Assembly (NCBI GenBank): GCA_964016885.1
Contig: OZ024740.1
Coordinates: 110,360,001-110,424,000, forward strand
DNA from: Eledone cirrhosa
Taxonomy: Eukaryota
Reading direction: 5' to 3'
Length of the DNA: 64,000 nt
A model generated the notes under the pieces. That model was not told where the DNA came from and made no database searches. It saw nothing but the letters and a program-made list of their open reading frames with translations. Shown in pieces: positions 11,814 through 26,719 of this stretch; within the stretch, counting starts at the first letter, position 1; every line of letters begins with the position of its first letter. A program made the translations under genes and the position numbers.

Positions 11814-14800
11814 TTACAGACACATACTCAGAGAAGGCCCTTTCATTCGGGCCATACTTGCTTCTCTCACCCATCTTTCAACAAAATGCTGGGAAGAGAG
11901 CACTTCCCTCTCTACCCTGATTTTCCTTTTCAAATGAAATTTGAAAAAGTTAATCAGGGCATCACCGAAGAGGTAAGTGCTCGTCTTCAGCCCTTTCAAA
12001 CGTGTCCACCATACTATCTCTTTCGCCATGGCCACCAGACAGATAAAAACTGCCTGCCCTTCCCGGCTAAAGGAAGGGGGCGGGGCAATCCTCACGATGG
12101 ACTCAGCTGATAGCTGGATAGGTCCTACACGTGACAGCAGGTGTTCGACATAAACCCACAAGTCAGCAATGCTCGGACACTGGACGAGTGCGTGCAGGAC
12201 GGTTTCGTCGCCCTGCGCGCATCTCGGACATGCCCGGCTGACGGCACCTCCATGCCTGTAGAGTTTATCCCGAACTGGCAAAGCTCCTCGGTAGCACTGC
12301 CAGGCCAGGGATTTCTGGAAGTTGTCCATAGGCCCCGGCCCGAAAGTCCTTCCGAAGAGATTGGCTAGTTGATTTTCGTCGACGCCTAGAGTTTCTCCAA
12401 GTACCTCGTCGCTCTTCCCCTCCACTAATCCCCTATAGAACGCCAAGGTGGAGTTTCCACCGATCACATTGCCCGATTGGTCGAGGGCTGTGAGCGCCTG
12501 AAGACATTCCAGTCTCCAAGCGCTCCCTCTCGGTCTTCGCTTGACCCAGGACTGCAGCTCCGTCAAGGAGACGAGCTGGGAAAAACGTGTCTAGCAAACG
12601 GCGACCACACCTGATCACCGTCGAGGAAGAGGTGGAGATGTCGTAGCCTGAGCGCGTGTCTGCGCATCATCAGCCACGGCATGCCCAGCCCTCCACGTAG
12701 CGGGTGTTGACAGCAGATGGACCGCCTGACCATCGGAGCGCGTCCCTTCCACAAGAAGCGAAAGAGCAAACGCTCCAGCGCAGTCAGGCGGGGCTTAGGA
12801 CAAGGTACGACGGTCAGGCGGTAGTAGATGACGGATGCGATGTACGCATTCGCCACCTCCGCTCGACCTTTCAGGGATAGCTTCCTCTCGGCCCATTTCT
12901 GGGTGAGAGAAGCCACCCTGCTCGTCACCTCGTCCCAGTTTTTGTCCGTCTGGAGGTCTGGACCGAACCAGACCCCTAGCAATTTAACCGGTCCGTCCGT
13001 CCAGCGCCCGACGACGCTGTTGGACGGCATGGACCTGCCTCTCCAGGTGCCGAGCTGCAGGCCCACTGACTTTTCCTGGTTGATCATTGCTCCTGTCACC
13101 GCTTCGTATTCTCTTAGTGTAGTGCCGATCGCCTCGATGTGTTTGGCGTTCGACACCACTACGGTGACATCGTCGGCATATGCTGACACGGATCTTCCGC
13201 ACCCTAGTTCGCGCGGGACCCCCCTCAACGTCTCCAGTTTGTGCAGTAATGGCTCGAGAGTCAATACGTACAATAGGGACGAGAGGGGACATCCTTGGCG
13301 GACCGAGCGCATGATGTTGAACGGTTCCGAAAGGTGACCGTTCACTCTCACTACAGAGCAGATGTCGCTGTGCATGGCAGCGATCCAGCCTCTGAAGACG
13401 GGCCCAAAGCCAGCCGCCCTCAGGACTGCCGCTAGGTAACGATGGTCGACCCTATCGAAGGCTTTCGACTGATCTAAATTAATCAAAGACCCACCCGTGC
13501 CAGGTTCCCTAGCTACCCTCTCTACGATGTATCGCATGAGGTGGAGGTTGTCGTGGATGGATCTGTCGGGAATGGCGCATGTCTGTGCCTCTCCCACCAG
13601 ACCACCAACGACAAGCGCCAACCTCTTTGCTAGCACCTTGGCCAAAATCTTGAACTCTGTGTTTAGCAGAGTTATGGGCCTAAAATTATCTATGTTATCC
13701 CCCTTGTTCGGATCCTTTCTCAGCAGCGCCACCGCTCCTCGGCTCACAGAGCTGGGAATTCTCCCGTTCTGTTGCCAGTTGCAGTAGACGTCCGCCAAGA
13801 GGCCTCTGAACAAGTTTGGCATTTGTACGTAAAGTTCATAGGGCAGACCATCCAAACCAGGCGATTTACCCCTTGTGCAACTAGTCATTGCATCCCGTAC
13901 TTCAGCGGTTGTTATCGGCTTTTCGCAACACTTCGCCTCAGTGGCCGAAAGCCGCGGCAGTCCGTCGAGGTAGACACTAAAGTCCATCCCTCGATCCGGC
14001 CCGCCACTGCCCCCGAACAGTTGAGCGAAGTGTCGCTGAAAAGCTTCACACATTTGCCCGGGATCGAGTAGCATGCGCCCGTCGTGGTCCACCAAAGACC
14101 GGATCGTGGCTTTGTTGCCACGACGCGCCTCCGCCACTCGGGCCCATTGAACGGCTTTCGTCCCCTCGTGTCTGAGAGCACCCACCCTAGCTCTGACAAC
14201 GCAGCCTTCGTGCTTTGCATTGAAGAATTGGTCAAGGGCCAATTTCGCCGCAAGTACGTCGGTCGCGATGCCTTTGCTAAGCGCCTCATCTAATTTTCTA
14301 ACTAATTCTCCCTCTGCTCTATTTTTCTCTATTGCTAAAGTCTTACTAAACCTAATGGACTCTATTCTAATTGCTCTTTTCAGAGCAAACCACCACTTGT
14401 TGTTGACGATGGCCCCCGTCAACGCCCGCTTAACTAGTTCGCTAATCCGGTCTCTGTAGGCCTTGCGCGCTGGTAAGGACGCGTTTAGCTTCCAGTAGCC
14501 GGGTCCTTGTCTATGAAGCCTATCTAAGTCAAGCACACAGATCACGAATTTGTGGTCCGTGTAGCTGACTATCTTGAATTGTGGACAGCCTATGCTAGAC
14601 CTATCTATTTCCCTACAAAATACTCTATCTAGATATGATCTGGATGACCCTATGCGATTTGTCCAAGTGCACATTGGTACATTCGGGAAATCCATTCGGT
14701 ACCTGTCAGACAGTTCAAAACGTCTGAGCAGGTTGGTGAGACTCTTGCACCCTCCTTCCCTATCCACTAATCCCACACAATCCCAGCGTGCATCTAAGAT

Positions 14801-15081
14801 CCCGTTCCAGTCGCCCACTAACACTAAAGAGCGGGACGTTCCAAGAAAGGTCTCCAGACGCCGGAAGAAATCAGGCCGCCCTGCTCCTGTCGGGGCATAG
14901 ACGGCCACTAACCTGAAAGCTTGCCCGTCTCCGCTAGTCACGTCCAGCACCACCAACTTACCTTCTGGGTCCAGGAAGATGGCCCGTATGGCAAGATCCA
15001 AACCTCTCCGAAAAGGTGGCCCTGCTTCCATGACGACCCCAAGCCACGCGCATTTATGCTGCCTATTCTGAGTGAGGTCAT
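11814..15081 (-). pseudogene. Tx1 ORF2 (APE endonuclease, RT, zinc finger), frameshifted
   Basis: Likely start MTSLRIGSINARGL at 15081 matches MASLRVGTVNVRGL of the 31948 copy; N-terminal deletion/frameshift and a frameshift at ~12565. Confidence 0.88.
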
Positions 15082-15115
15082 GTTGAAAAGGAGTGGAAAA
15101 GATGGGAAAGACCAC

Positions 15116-16669
15116 TTACCTTACTTCTCGTAGGGGAAGGACGGTGTTTCCATCCTTTTCATTGCTTGTGGCCTCCTCAGGAAGGATGTCCTTATAAATC
15201 CTCCTGGAGAGTGCTTGTCGGAAGTCTCCGATGTCTTTGGGGAATTTTTGTTTTAGTGTCATGTACGTTTTCTGTGTGATGCGAGTGATTTGTGTGTGTG
15301 GAGGTGGTGTGAATTTTGGGGTTGTTGTGTAGTCTTTTTCTGTGATGCTGGTGTTGTGTTGGATGTAGTGTAATAATTGCTTGTTGTTCAAATTTAATGC
15401 TGTGTAGTGTGTATCGTTTTGGTTGTTTTGTTTTGTTTGCGTTTGTTGTGGGTTTGTTTCTGTTTCGCATTTTGGTGACTTTTGTGGTGTAGGTGATGGT
15501 GGTGTTGGAGTTAATGATGGTGATGGTGTTGGTGTTTGGGTTGATGGGGTTGGTGATGCTGGTGTGGATGGTGGCATATCTGTCCTTACTTTTTTGTTTC
15601 TTAGTTTATTTGTTTCCCTCTGTATTTTGTTTTTGGAGGGGGAAGGAAGAGAATTTTTTCTTTTTTGGTTTCTTTTTTTTTTTCCGGATATCGTTTCCCA
15701 CTCCTCGTCGTCACAATCTGTCTCCAGTTGTGATAGGCCGGGGAGTGGAAAATCCTCCACAGCCGTTAGTTTTGGTTGTGGTGCGGTGGATGGTGTAGGC
15801 GCTGGTGCTAGTTCTGAAGCGTTGCGTGGTGGTGGTGTTGGTTTTGCTGGTGGTGGTAGTGGTGTTGGTTTTGCTACTGTTGCTGGGGTTGTTGCTGTTA
15901 TAGTGGCTTCTGTTGTTGCTGCTACAGTTGTTGCTGCCATCTCTGCTACTGGTGGTGTTGATGGTTGTGTCACTGGGGTGGGTAGGAGAGGTGGCCTCAA
16001 CCTTTTAGCCTGAGGGCAGAAAGCCCTTAGGTGGGTTCCTTCACCACAAACGACACACCTAGGTCTTCTGCCCTCGACAATTACCGTGAGGTGGCTGCCG
16101 TCAGTGAGGTCTATTACCTCTGGGATCTCCTCAATGCTTTTTTGGTCCGCTTGGATCAGGAGCTCCATCCCAGATCCGGACCAGTTTTCCTGCTTTTCTT
16201 TTGCTATTGCTATTATTTTCGTGTTGGCTTCGATGCCGGCGAGGACAGCCGCTATTAGCCAGGGAATTTCGATGGCCGGTGGAACGTGGGTCACCCTGAT
16301 CTTTACGAGTCTCTGGCCACAATAGCTTGGGACGAGTGTGAAGTCGTCACTTTTTAATGGGGCCATGGAGTGTTCTCTAGCCTCCTCTGGTGTTTCAAAG
16401 AACACATCCACGGTTCCATACTTTTGCCCACGTCTGATGTGGGTTTTTCTTGCCCACACATGTCCCAAAGCTTTTTGGATTTGGGACTCGGATGCCCGTT
16501 CCACTCGGCGCGATTTTACATTTATTGTTCTATACGGCACGGTGCATAGACGCCGATGCTCCATTTTATTAGGTGGGGGGTGGGGGTGGGGGTGGGGGTG
16601 GGGGTGGGGGGTGGGGGTGGGGGTGGGGGGTGGGGTGAGGCTGACCCTGTACCCATCTTTCTTTACCAT
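15116..16669 (-). CDS. Tx1 ORF1, gag-like nucleic-acid-binding protein
   Basis: 517-aa ORF with VIVEGRRPRCVVCGEGTHLRAFC knuckle, Pro/Thr-rich linker and basic tract; upstream ORF 16726-17022 may be a frameshifted N-terminus. Confidence 0.82.
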   Translation of the reverse strand: MVKKDGYRVSLTPPPTPTPTPHPHPHPHPHPPPNKMEHRRLCTVPYRTINVKSRRVERASESQIQKALGHVWARKTHIRRGQKYGTVDVFFETPEEAREHSMAPLKSDDFTLVPSYCGQRLVKIRVTHVPPAIEIPWLIAAVLAGIEANTKIIAIAKEKQENWSGSGMELLIQADQKSIEEIPEVIDLTDGSHLTVIVEGRRPRCVVCGEGTHLRAFCPQAKRLRPPLLPTPVTQPSTPPVAEMAATTVAATTEATITATTPATVAKPTPLPPPAKPTPPPRNASELAPAPTPSTAPQPKLTAVEDFPLPGLSQLETDCDDEEWETISGKKKRNQKRKNSLPSPSKNKIQRETNKLRNKKVRTDMPPSTPASPTPSTQTPTPSPSLTPTPPSPTPQKSPKCETETNPQQTQTKQNNQNDTHYTALNLNNKQLLHYIQHNTSITEKDYTTTPKFTPPPHTQITRITQKTYMTLKQKFPKDIGDFRQALSRRIYKDILPEEATSNEKDGNTVLPLREVR

Positions 16670-17391
16670 TTGTTTGGCATTTTCTAAATCTTCTTGAGTT
16701 ACGGTAAATGCTTCGAATTGTTTTGCTACTCTGGCGAAACTGAGGGGGGTTTTATAATGCCATTGTTGTTGTTGTTGCTATCGTTAATATTAATTTTAGT
16801 TTCAGTTGTGGTGGTGGTGACGTCAGTCGTCTTTGGTGGGGAAGAGTCCATTTTGCTTGATTTCATTTCGACATCACGAGTTAATTTTTTTTTTTCTTCT
16901 TTTGTTTCTGTTGTCGCGGTGGTGGTGGTGGTGGTGGTGGTTGTCGCGGTGGTGGTGGTGGTGGAGGCTTTAACACCTGCAGTCATTGGTAATGGCGGGA
17001 AATGAATGTCTGCCTGAGACAAATTTAAAATATTGCTACTGCTTATATTTTTTTTGTGTTGGCAAACGTAGTAACATTTACAATGGTGGTGTCGGTGTGA
17101 GGTGTTATTTTGTGAGGAAGGCTTTCAGCTGCTTCGTGCAGAGGTGAAGTAGCCATTTCTTTTCAAAGAAATTTTTTGATAATAATAAAAGTTAAAATTT
17201 TGGGCACAAGGCCCCAATCTTTTTAGGTGTCCTTTTCGGAAAACAATGTATGTGTGCTTATAAACAGTTAACAATAAAATTTTCCATAAATGGCAATTTT
17301 TAAACAAACGGAAATAACAAACCTTTGCGGAGCTCACGATAATACGATTTCCTACGTAGGTCGCCAATAATAATAATAATAATAATAATAA

Positions 17392-20390
17392 TAAAGTCAC
17401 CACTCACTTATGTGGAGTGAAGATGAAAAAACAGCTAAAGTCACCACTCACTTATGTGGAGTGAAGATGAAAAAACAAAGGAATTCCCACAAGAAATTTA
17501 CTTGGCAAGAGAACATCAATCGCCAAATAAACCTTCTCCGATCTGACATAGACATTTTAACAAACTATAAAGTAGGTGAACATGTTAAACAAACTAAACT
17601 TAGAAAATTGAAAAAAAAGTACAGTATAAAATCAACATGTGACATAGACATGCTGATAGAAATAATCAAGCAAAAAGTGTCGGCCAAAGCTGCTCGTATA
17701 AGGCGCTTTGAAAAACGATCTAGATTCTATAAGGACAATAATATGTTCAAAAACAACCAAAGAAACTTCTACAGAAAAATTGGTAAGTCAACAATAACTG
17801 CTAAATCAATACCACCCAAGGAGGAAGTGCAAGAATTCTGGGAAAAGATCTGGGCCGAAGAAAAAGTTCATAACATACATGCCCCATGGATAGACAGACA
17901 AATGAAAGATACAGCTCACTTTGAGGAACAAACATGGGAAAATATAACAGTTGAACAGTTGCGCTTGGCTCTAAGAAAAACCAGCAAATGGAAATCCCCA
18001 GGAAAAGACAAAATACAAAACTTTTGAATAAATGCCTTCACAGATTCTCATGAGATGTTAGCCCAACTTTACAATGAAATAGTTAAGGAGCCAGAAAAGA
18101 TACCATCATGGCTAGTTAACGGCATTACATTCCTGCTTCCGAAGAATGATGAGACAAACAATCCCAAAAATTACAGACCGATAACTTGCTTGACCACAAT
18201 GTATAAAATTTTAACATCAGTCCTAACTGAATACACATATAACCACCTGATAACAAATGACCTATTTCCCATTGAGCAGAAAGGGTGTAAACGAGGCTCA
18301 TATGGCTGTACGGATCAGCTTCTGGTTAACAAAATGATACTGGAAGATTGTCATAATAGACACAAAAATCTATCGATTGCTTGGATAGATTATAAAAAAG
18401 CATTCGATAGTTTGTCACACAGTTGGATTGAAAAATGTTTAGAGATTTTCAAAATATCCCCCGTTGTCAGGAGGTTTTTGTCATTCAGTATGAAGACATG
18501 GAAAACGACACTCCTTTTGAATAGTGAAACAAAATCACTGGAAGCTGGAGAAGTTAATATTAATTGTGGAATTTTTCAGGGTGACTCTTTATCACCGCTT
18601 TTATTCTGCATCGCACTTATACCATTAAGTAAAATGCTCAATGAAACAAAACATGGATATAAAGTCTATGACAAAACCATTAATCACCTGTTCTACATGG
18701 ATGACCTGAAACTATTTGCAAAAAATGATGAACAATTGCAAGGGCTATTATCCACTGTGAAGCAGTTCAGTGATGACATTAAAATGGAGTTTGGACTAGA
18801 TAAATGCGCCAAAGCAACGTTCACCAGAGGAAAGCTGCTGAAGAGTTCAGACATTAATCTTGATCGGGGGAACGTGATAAGAGAACTTGATCAAGAAAAA
18901 ACTTACAAATATCTAGGTGTTTGTGAAGGAGACGGAATCAAACACTCGACAATGAGGGAAAGTATAAGGAAGGAATGTTACCGCAGAGTAAGAGCAATCT
19001 TAAGAACGGAATTGAATGCAAGGAATAGGATCGATGCCATAAACACGCTTGCCATACCAGTAGTAACCTACAGTTACAATGTCATCAACTGGTCAAGCAC
19101 AGAGATCCGTAGGCTCGATACAAAAATTCGAAAATTCTTAACCATGCACAGAATGCATCACCCTAACGCAGATACAGATAGAATATATCTCCCTAGGAAA
19201 GAAGGAGGACGTGGGTTAATCCAGTTAGACATTGCGTTGAAAACTGCAACAATTGGATTATCTACATATCTAAGGGAATCACATGATTGGATGATCAAAC
19301 TCGTTTTGAAACACGAAAGCATCAAAAGATCATATTCCATTACAACAGATGCACAAAGATACAGTAATGGACTACAAATTTCAGAAGACCCATTTACTGC
19401 TGAAATGGAAAACACAGAAAAAGCAAAGCAGGTAAAAGTAACTGCAAAGAAAGAACTGCTACAGAAACTGGCTAAGAAATGGCAAGAAAAGCCTCTGTAT
19501 GGAAAATACCCAGAGCGAGCTAACAATCCTGATGTTGACAAAACTTTAACCCATCAGTGGTTGGCATCCTCCGGACTGAAATCGGAGACTGAAGGACTGA
19601 TTATATCGGCACAAGATCAGTGTCTGCCAACAAAAAATTACCAAGCCAACATAATAAAAAATGGGTGCAGCCCATTATGCCGTGTATGCAAAAAACAACC
19701 AGAGAGCATTGACCATATAATTTCAATGTGCAGTCCTATAGCTCCAACCGAATACCTAAACAGGCATGACAGAGCTGCACAATACATACATTGGATAATG
19801 TGTAAGCATTTTGACCTGCCCCATCAAAAGAATTGGTGAGAGCATCAACCACCTCCCATACTTGAAAAAGATCACATCTCAATCTTGTGGAACTTTAGCA
19901 TCCAAACAGACCGAAAAATAGATGCAAATAGACCTGATATAATACTGAAGGACTTTCAAAAGAGGGTATGCCTGCTAATTGATATGTCTGTTCCAATAGA
20001 CAAGAATGTATCTATAAAAACATTTGAAAAGTTGAGCAAGTATAAGGACCTGGAGATAGAAATTGGAAAAATGTGGAAATTGAGAACTAAAACAATACCA
20101 GTGGTTGTAGGCGCTCTGGGAATGATACCTAAGGGGTCTAATGACTACTTATCGCAAATCCCAGGAAACCCGCGTATAGGAGAAATACAAAAGATAGTAC
20201 TAATGGGAACTGCCCATATACTAAGGAAGATCCTGTCAATATAAGTACATCACAAGTCTAAACACTAAAGATGCATGTATGAATATGTATGTTCTTTCTT
20301 GAACATGGCGGACCTTGTTGTCTCTTGAGGTCACTGGTTGTGACTTGGTGATAACTCGTATGAACATAAAGCAAGATAAATGCAACTGTA
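17392..20390 (+). mobile_element. R4/Dong-like RLE retrotransposon (family A, copy A2), 5'-truncated, two nonsense codons
   Basis: ORF pieces 17410-18027, 18055-19839 and 19885-20244 share one frame; YMDD RT, CCHC and RLE; flanked by TAA repeats. Confidence 0.93.
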
Positions 20391-20849
20391 ATAATAATAA
20401 TAAGATGATGATGATGATGATGATGACGGAGAAAGGTAGAAAGAAAGAAAGAAATGAAAGACATTATTTTGAAAGAGGCGAAGAAATATGGTTACCTACC
20501 TTTCTCTTTCATTCAGAAACTATTTCTCGTTATTAATTGGTAACACCGTGACGCCACACTTTAATGTCCACACCTCCTAGCTTCTTTATCTTGTTGTTCT
20601 TGTTTTTGTTGTAGATGCTGTTCAACCCGTGCCTGGTGGTGTTGATGTTGATACTGTTCAATCCGTGCTTAGTAGTGTTGCTGCTGTTGCTGCTGTTGTT
20701 GTTGTTGTTGTTGTTGTTCAATCCGTGCTCGGGATTGGTTGAATAGACATATGATGAGAGGTGTTGGTATTGCTGTTTAACCCTAGGCTAGATCTGAGTA
20801 AATAGAAAAACATGATTGAATGAGCTGTTAATTTTTCACACCCATATCA

Positions 20850-21365
20850 GACCTGGTTGAGCTGTTATAGTTTAGCCCCAGGTCAGGCCTAGCTGAGCTG
20901 TTGTTGTTTAGCACCAAGTCAGGCCTAGCTGAGCTGTTGTTGTTTAGCACCAAGTCAGGTCTAGCTGGGCTGTTAATGTTTAGCCCCAGATCAGGCCTAG
21001 TTGAGCTGTTATTGTTTAGCCCCAGATCAGGCCTAGTTGAGCTGTTATTGTTTAGTCTCAGATCAGGCCTAGTTGAGCTGTTATTGTTTAGTCTCAGATC
21101 AGGTCTAGTTGAGCTGATATTGTTTAGTCTCAGATCAGGCCTAGTTGAGCTGTTATTGTTTAGTCTCAGATCAGGCCTAGTTGAGCTGTTATTGTTTAGC
21201 TACAGGCCAGGTCAATTATGGTTGAGCTGTTATTGTTTAGCTACAGGCCAGGTCAATTATGGTTGAGCTGTTATTGTTTAGCCCCAGGTCAGGCCTAGTT
21301 GAGCTGTTATGTTATTGTTTAGCCCTAGATCAGGCCTAATTGAGCTGTTATTGTTTAGCCCGTTC
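20850..21365. repeat. 36-bp minisatellite (agatcaggcctagttgagctgttattgtttagcccc)
   Basis: Direct reading; 12-aa periodicity in the ORF track. Confidence 0.9.
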
Positions 21366-21599
21366 ATGCTTGGTTAAAAAACAGACCTATGATCAAAAGT
21401 ACTGTTGTTAAGCTACAAGCCAGACCTGGTTGAGCAGATATATGAATATATAATTAATGTTTTTGTTATTGTTGTTTGGCCCCAGGTGGCGCTTCATTTA
21501 AAGAAGAAACATGTGATGAAATATGTTGTATAGCTCCAAGTCAGTGCTGCCTGAGCAGACATGCAATTAAACGGGTTGTTGTTGTTGTTGTTGTTTAGT

Positions 21600-21740
21600 A
21601 TCAGGCTAGTCCTCATTAGCGGCGGGTATAATATCTTGTAGTATTTGTTCCTGTTTTCTGCACATTGAGTTCATATCCTGCGGAGGTCAGCCTTTCCTGT
21701 CATCCATTCGGAGTCGATAAAATAGAGTACTACCACTCCA
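21600..21740 (+). mobile_element. SINE fragment
   Basis: 'gagttcatatcctgcggaggtcagcctttcctgtcatccattcggagtcgataaaatagagtac' core. Confidence 0.6.
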
Positions 21741-22074
21741 CAGCTGTGGATTGGCGAGTATTGTTAGATCCTCGGATGAGATGCCACGCGGTATCTGTGC
21801 CTCCGGTTTCAAATCCCACCATTGACTACGGGACCACAGTTAATTATGAAAACACAATCACTACAATTATCAAGCTAACATTAAAGTTCCTCGACCAACC
21901 AACTAAATATGAAAACAACAGACAAATAGAACCTTGATGGTGGTTACAAAAACAAGGCCACTCCAGAGATGATCTCTCCTGGCGATAGGGCTCAAAAGCT
22001 ACAGTCAAGGACTGGTCTTACTCTTAAAAGCCAGAAAATACTTCAAATTCCAATTACAAAACTTACAAACCCTC

Positions 22075-22580
22075 TACAATGGGTTTAATCCCACATCTGG
22101 TATGGTGGCGTTACAACCTCCCACAATGGTTACTTCCTCCCACATCTGGTATAGTGGCGTTACACCCCCCCCCACAATGGGTTACCTCCTCTCACATCTG
22201 GTATAGTGGCGCTACAACTCCCCCCCCACAATGGGTTACTGCTCCCACATTTGGTATGGTGACGCTACCCCCCACAATGGGTTACTTGCTCCTGCATCTG
22301 GTATTGTGGTGCTACAACCCCCACAATGGGTTAATTCCCCCCACATCTGGTATGTGGAGCTACAACCCCTCCCCCCCCATGGGTTACTTCCTCCCACATC
22401 TGGTATGGTGTCCCCCCACAATGGGTTACTTCCTCCCACATCTGGTACAGTAGCGCTAAACCTCCACCTTACAATGGGTTACTTGCACCCACAACTGGCA
22501 TGGTGGCGTTACAACCTCCCACAATGGGTTACTTCCTCCCACATCTGGTATGGTGACGCTACCCCCTCCCACATCTGAAA
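22075..22580. repeat. ~50-bp minisatellite (ccacaatgggttacttcctcccacatctggtatggtgg...)
   Basis: About 10 degenerate units. Confidence 0.85.
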
Positions 22581-23133
22581 TAGTGACACTGCAACATACA
22601 CAGACATCCTATACTGCATCCAAAGACAAGTTACTGGATTGATTAGCTTGAAGTTGTCGCTCGCAAACACATCCCGAGTTTTGGGCCAATGATGTGCTGT
22701 GTCCTCTCACTGCCCTTTCTGCTGATACTACAGTGTTTCCTGCCCATTGGAGATGGCTGGTCAAATGTCACCTCTATTTAGGCACTGTCCATTAAATTTT
22801 CTCTCCTTTTCTCATCATTAATGCAGTGTTTAATCCCATCAGGTCACAAACTCACCACTACGTTCAGCCCTTCATCTCGCTAATTTAAAACCTTTGGAAC
22901 ATCTCACCTCTCTCTCTCCATACACATAGTTTTCCTGCAGCCGTTGAGTTTCAACTGTTCAAGCGGAGCATTAAGGTCTTTCATCTCACCAGATTGGAAG
23001 GGCCTGTAAAACACCATGGGTAGTGCTCCTTCCTCTAACCTAAACCAATAAACACACACACACATTTACACACAAACACTCGCACATACACATGCGCGCA
23101 TACACGTAGACATACGCGTGCACACTTACACAG

Positions 23134-23234
<101 letters not shown>

Positions 23235-23424
23235 GAAAAGAAAAATGCAATAAATGTTAAAGATTGTGCTCGGTGTTCTATGTTTAACATCATGTAAGAA
23301 ATGATGATGATGATGATCATCATCATCTTCATCATCATTAGTAATAACAACAACAACACAATCACCGTTTTATAAAGACAAAATGGTGAGCGAAGGTTGA
23401 GTGGCATGTGGTGTGTGTGGAGGC

Positions 23425-23840
23425 GTGTGAAGAGAGTGGGAAGAGTGTGTGTGGAGAGTGGGAGGAGAGTGGGAGAGGAGAGTGGGAGAGGAGAGTGGGA
23501 GGAGAGTGTGTGAGGAGAGTGGTAGGAGAGTGGGAGGAGACTGTGTGAAGAGAGTGTGTGAGGAGAGTGTGTGAGGAGAGTGGGAGGAGAGTGGGAGGAG
23601 AGTGTGTGAAGGGAGTGGGAGGAGAATGTGTGAGGAGAGTGTGAGGAGGGTGTGGGAGGAGGGTATGAGGAGACTGTGTGAGGAGAGTGGGAGGAGAGTG
23701 TGTAAGGAGAGTGGGAGGAGGGTGTGGGAGGAGGGTATGAGGAGACTGTGTGAGGAGAGTGTGCGAGGAGAGTGGGAGGAGAGTGTGTGAGGAGAGTGGG
23801 AGGAGTGTGGGCGAGGAGAGTGGGAGGAGTGTGGGCGAGG
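23425..23840. repeat. GA/GT-rich 12/24-bp minisatellite (gaggagagtgtgt / gaggagagtgg)
   Basis: Direct reading. Confidence 0.85.
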
Positions 23841-24355
23841 CAAGTGTGTTATACATGAATAAACATGTTTCACTCCAACCTTCCTCCACGCCCTTTTTTC
23901 TCCCACCTCCTCCCACTTACACCTTTCTTCAACCTCCACCTTCTCCCCACCTCCATTCTTCAACTTGCTCATTCCTCACACTCCCAGCTTCTCTTTCTTT
24001 CTTTCTGTCCTACCATCTCGTTTCTCTTACTCCCTCCGTTTTCCCGTCTCTGCCCCCACCTCACTCTGCCTACATCCCCATCCTTCTACCTCTTGTACTT
24101 CGAGGAATTTGGTGACATTGACACTTTTGGCACCAGCAGACGACATGAAGAATTGATTAAATATTAAAGTTATTGTCGATCTTTGAATGGTAGGAAAACA
24201 TAGAAAGGTAACAATATGAGAAAACAACATCAGTACCATGGTCATTAACATCATCGTTATCAGCATGGTGATAATCATCACCGCCAACAGTAGCCACGGC
24301 AACTGTAACAACACAAACAACAACGAACAAGATAAGAACAAATGAATGAATGAAT

Positions 24356-24409
<54 letters not shown>

Positions 24410-24490
24410 TGTATATATATATAAATATATCGGTTCAGATTATTCGTAACCTGAGCTCAGGTAACCCTAAACGATAACTCATTCACTTTG

Positions 24491-24559
<69 letters not shown>

Positions 24560-24987
24560 GTAAAATACAAAGTAAAATATTTCGTTTTAATCATTTTCTA
24601 ACCCAGAAAAAAGAGAGAAATAAATAAAAAGGGAAAAAAAATATTTTTCTTCTTAATAATCGTCTTTTTCTCCCTGATGGGAGTCTCTATATTTCTGAAC
24701 GTAATGCCTGTTGAGAAAGCAGCTTCCTCGTTCATCTCTTTACCAGAAGTCAGATAGAATTGAGATCGAGAGTTTGTGGTTTTTCAGGGATTGTAACGTC
24801 CAGTTTCTGTAGGTTCAACAAAGTGAGCCTTTGATGCGTAGTTTCTAGTAGGTATATTACAGAAGTCCGACGAGCTTTTTATTAGATACTCGGGCCGGTC
24901 GATAGAGACCAAACCTTGGGCTGATCAATCGCCATACGTGCACCACACCTCAATAAATGTAATGAAGATCTAACACCTCGTCCATTT

Positions 24988-25120
<133 letters not shown>

Positions 25121-25129
25121 TATATAAAC

Positions 25130-26694
<1,565 letters not shown>

Positions 26695-26719
26695 TTCTTG
26701 AAGAGGGACGTTTTGGTAA

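Larger units (their letters stand above)
11571..17365 (-). mobile_element. Full-length Tx1/L1-clade LINE inserted in (AAT)n
   Basis: ORF1 with CX2CX4HX4C; ORF2 with APE (VYAP, GDWN, SYLDR, TDH), RT (YADD) and C-terminal CPRC..H..C; AATAAA at 3' end; AAT tracts at 11541-11570 and 17366-17393. Confidence 0.93.

Noticed and set aside
18025-19839. Two in-frame TGA codons in A2 as possible selenocysteine or readthrough
   Set aside because: Both sit at conserved Trp positions, and A1 has TGG at the second; ordinary G>A nonsense changes
20850-21365. 36-bp repeats resembling a CRISPR array
   Set aside because: Units are contiguous with no spacers, no cas genes, eukaryotic context
24755-24870. Hairpin-ribozyme-like words AGAAGTCA, GTCCAGTTT and GGTATATTAC
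   Set aside because: Helices 1 and 2 do not pair and no AGAAACA strand is in register; likely coincidence
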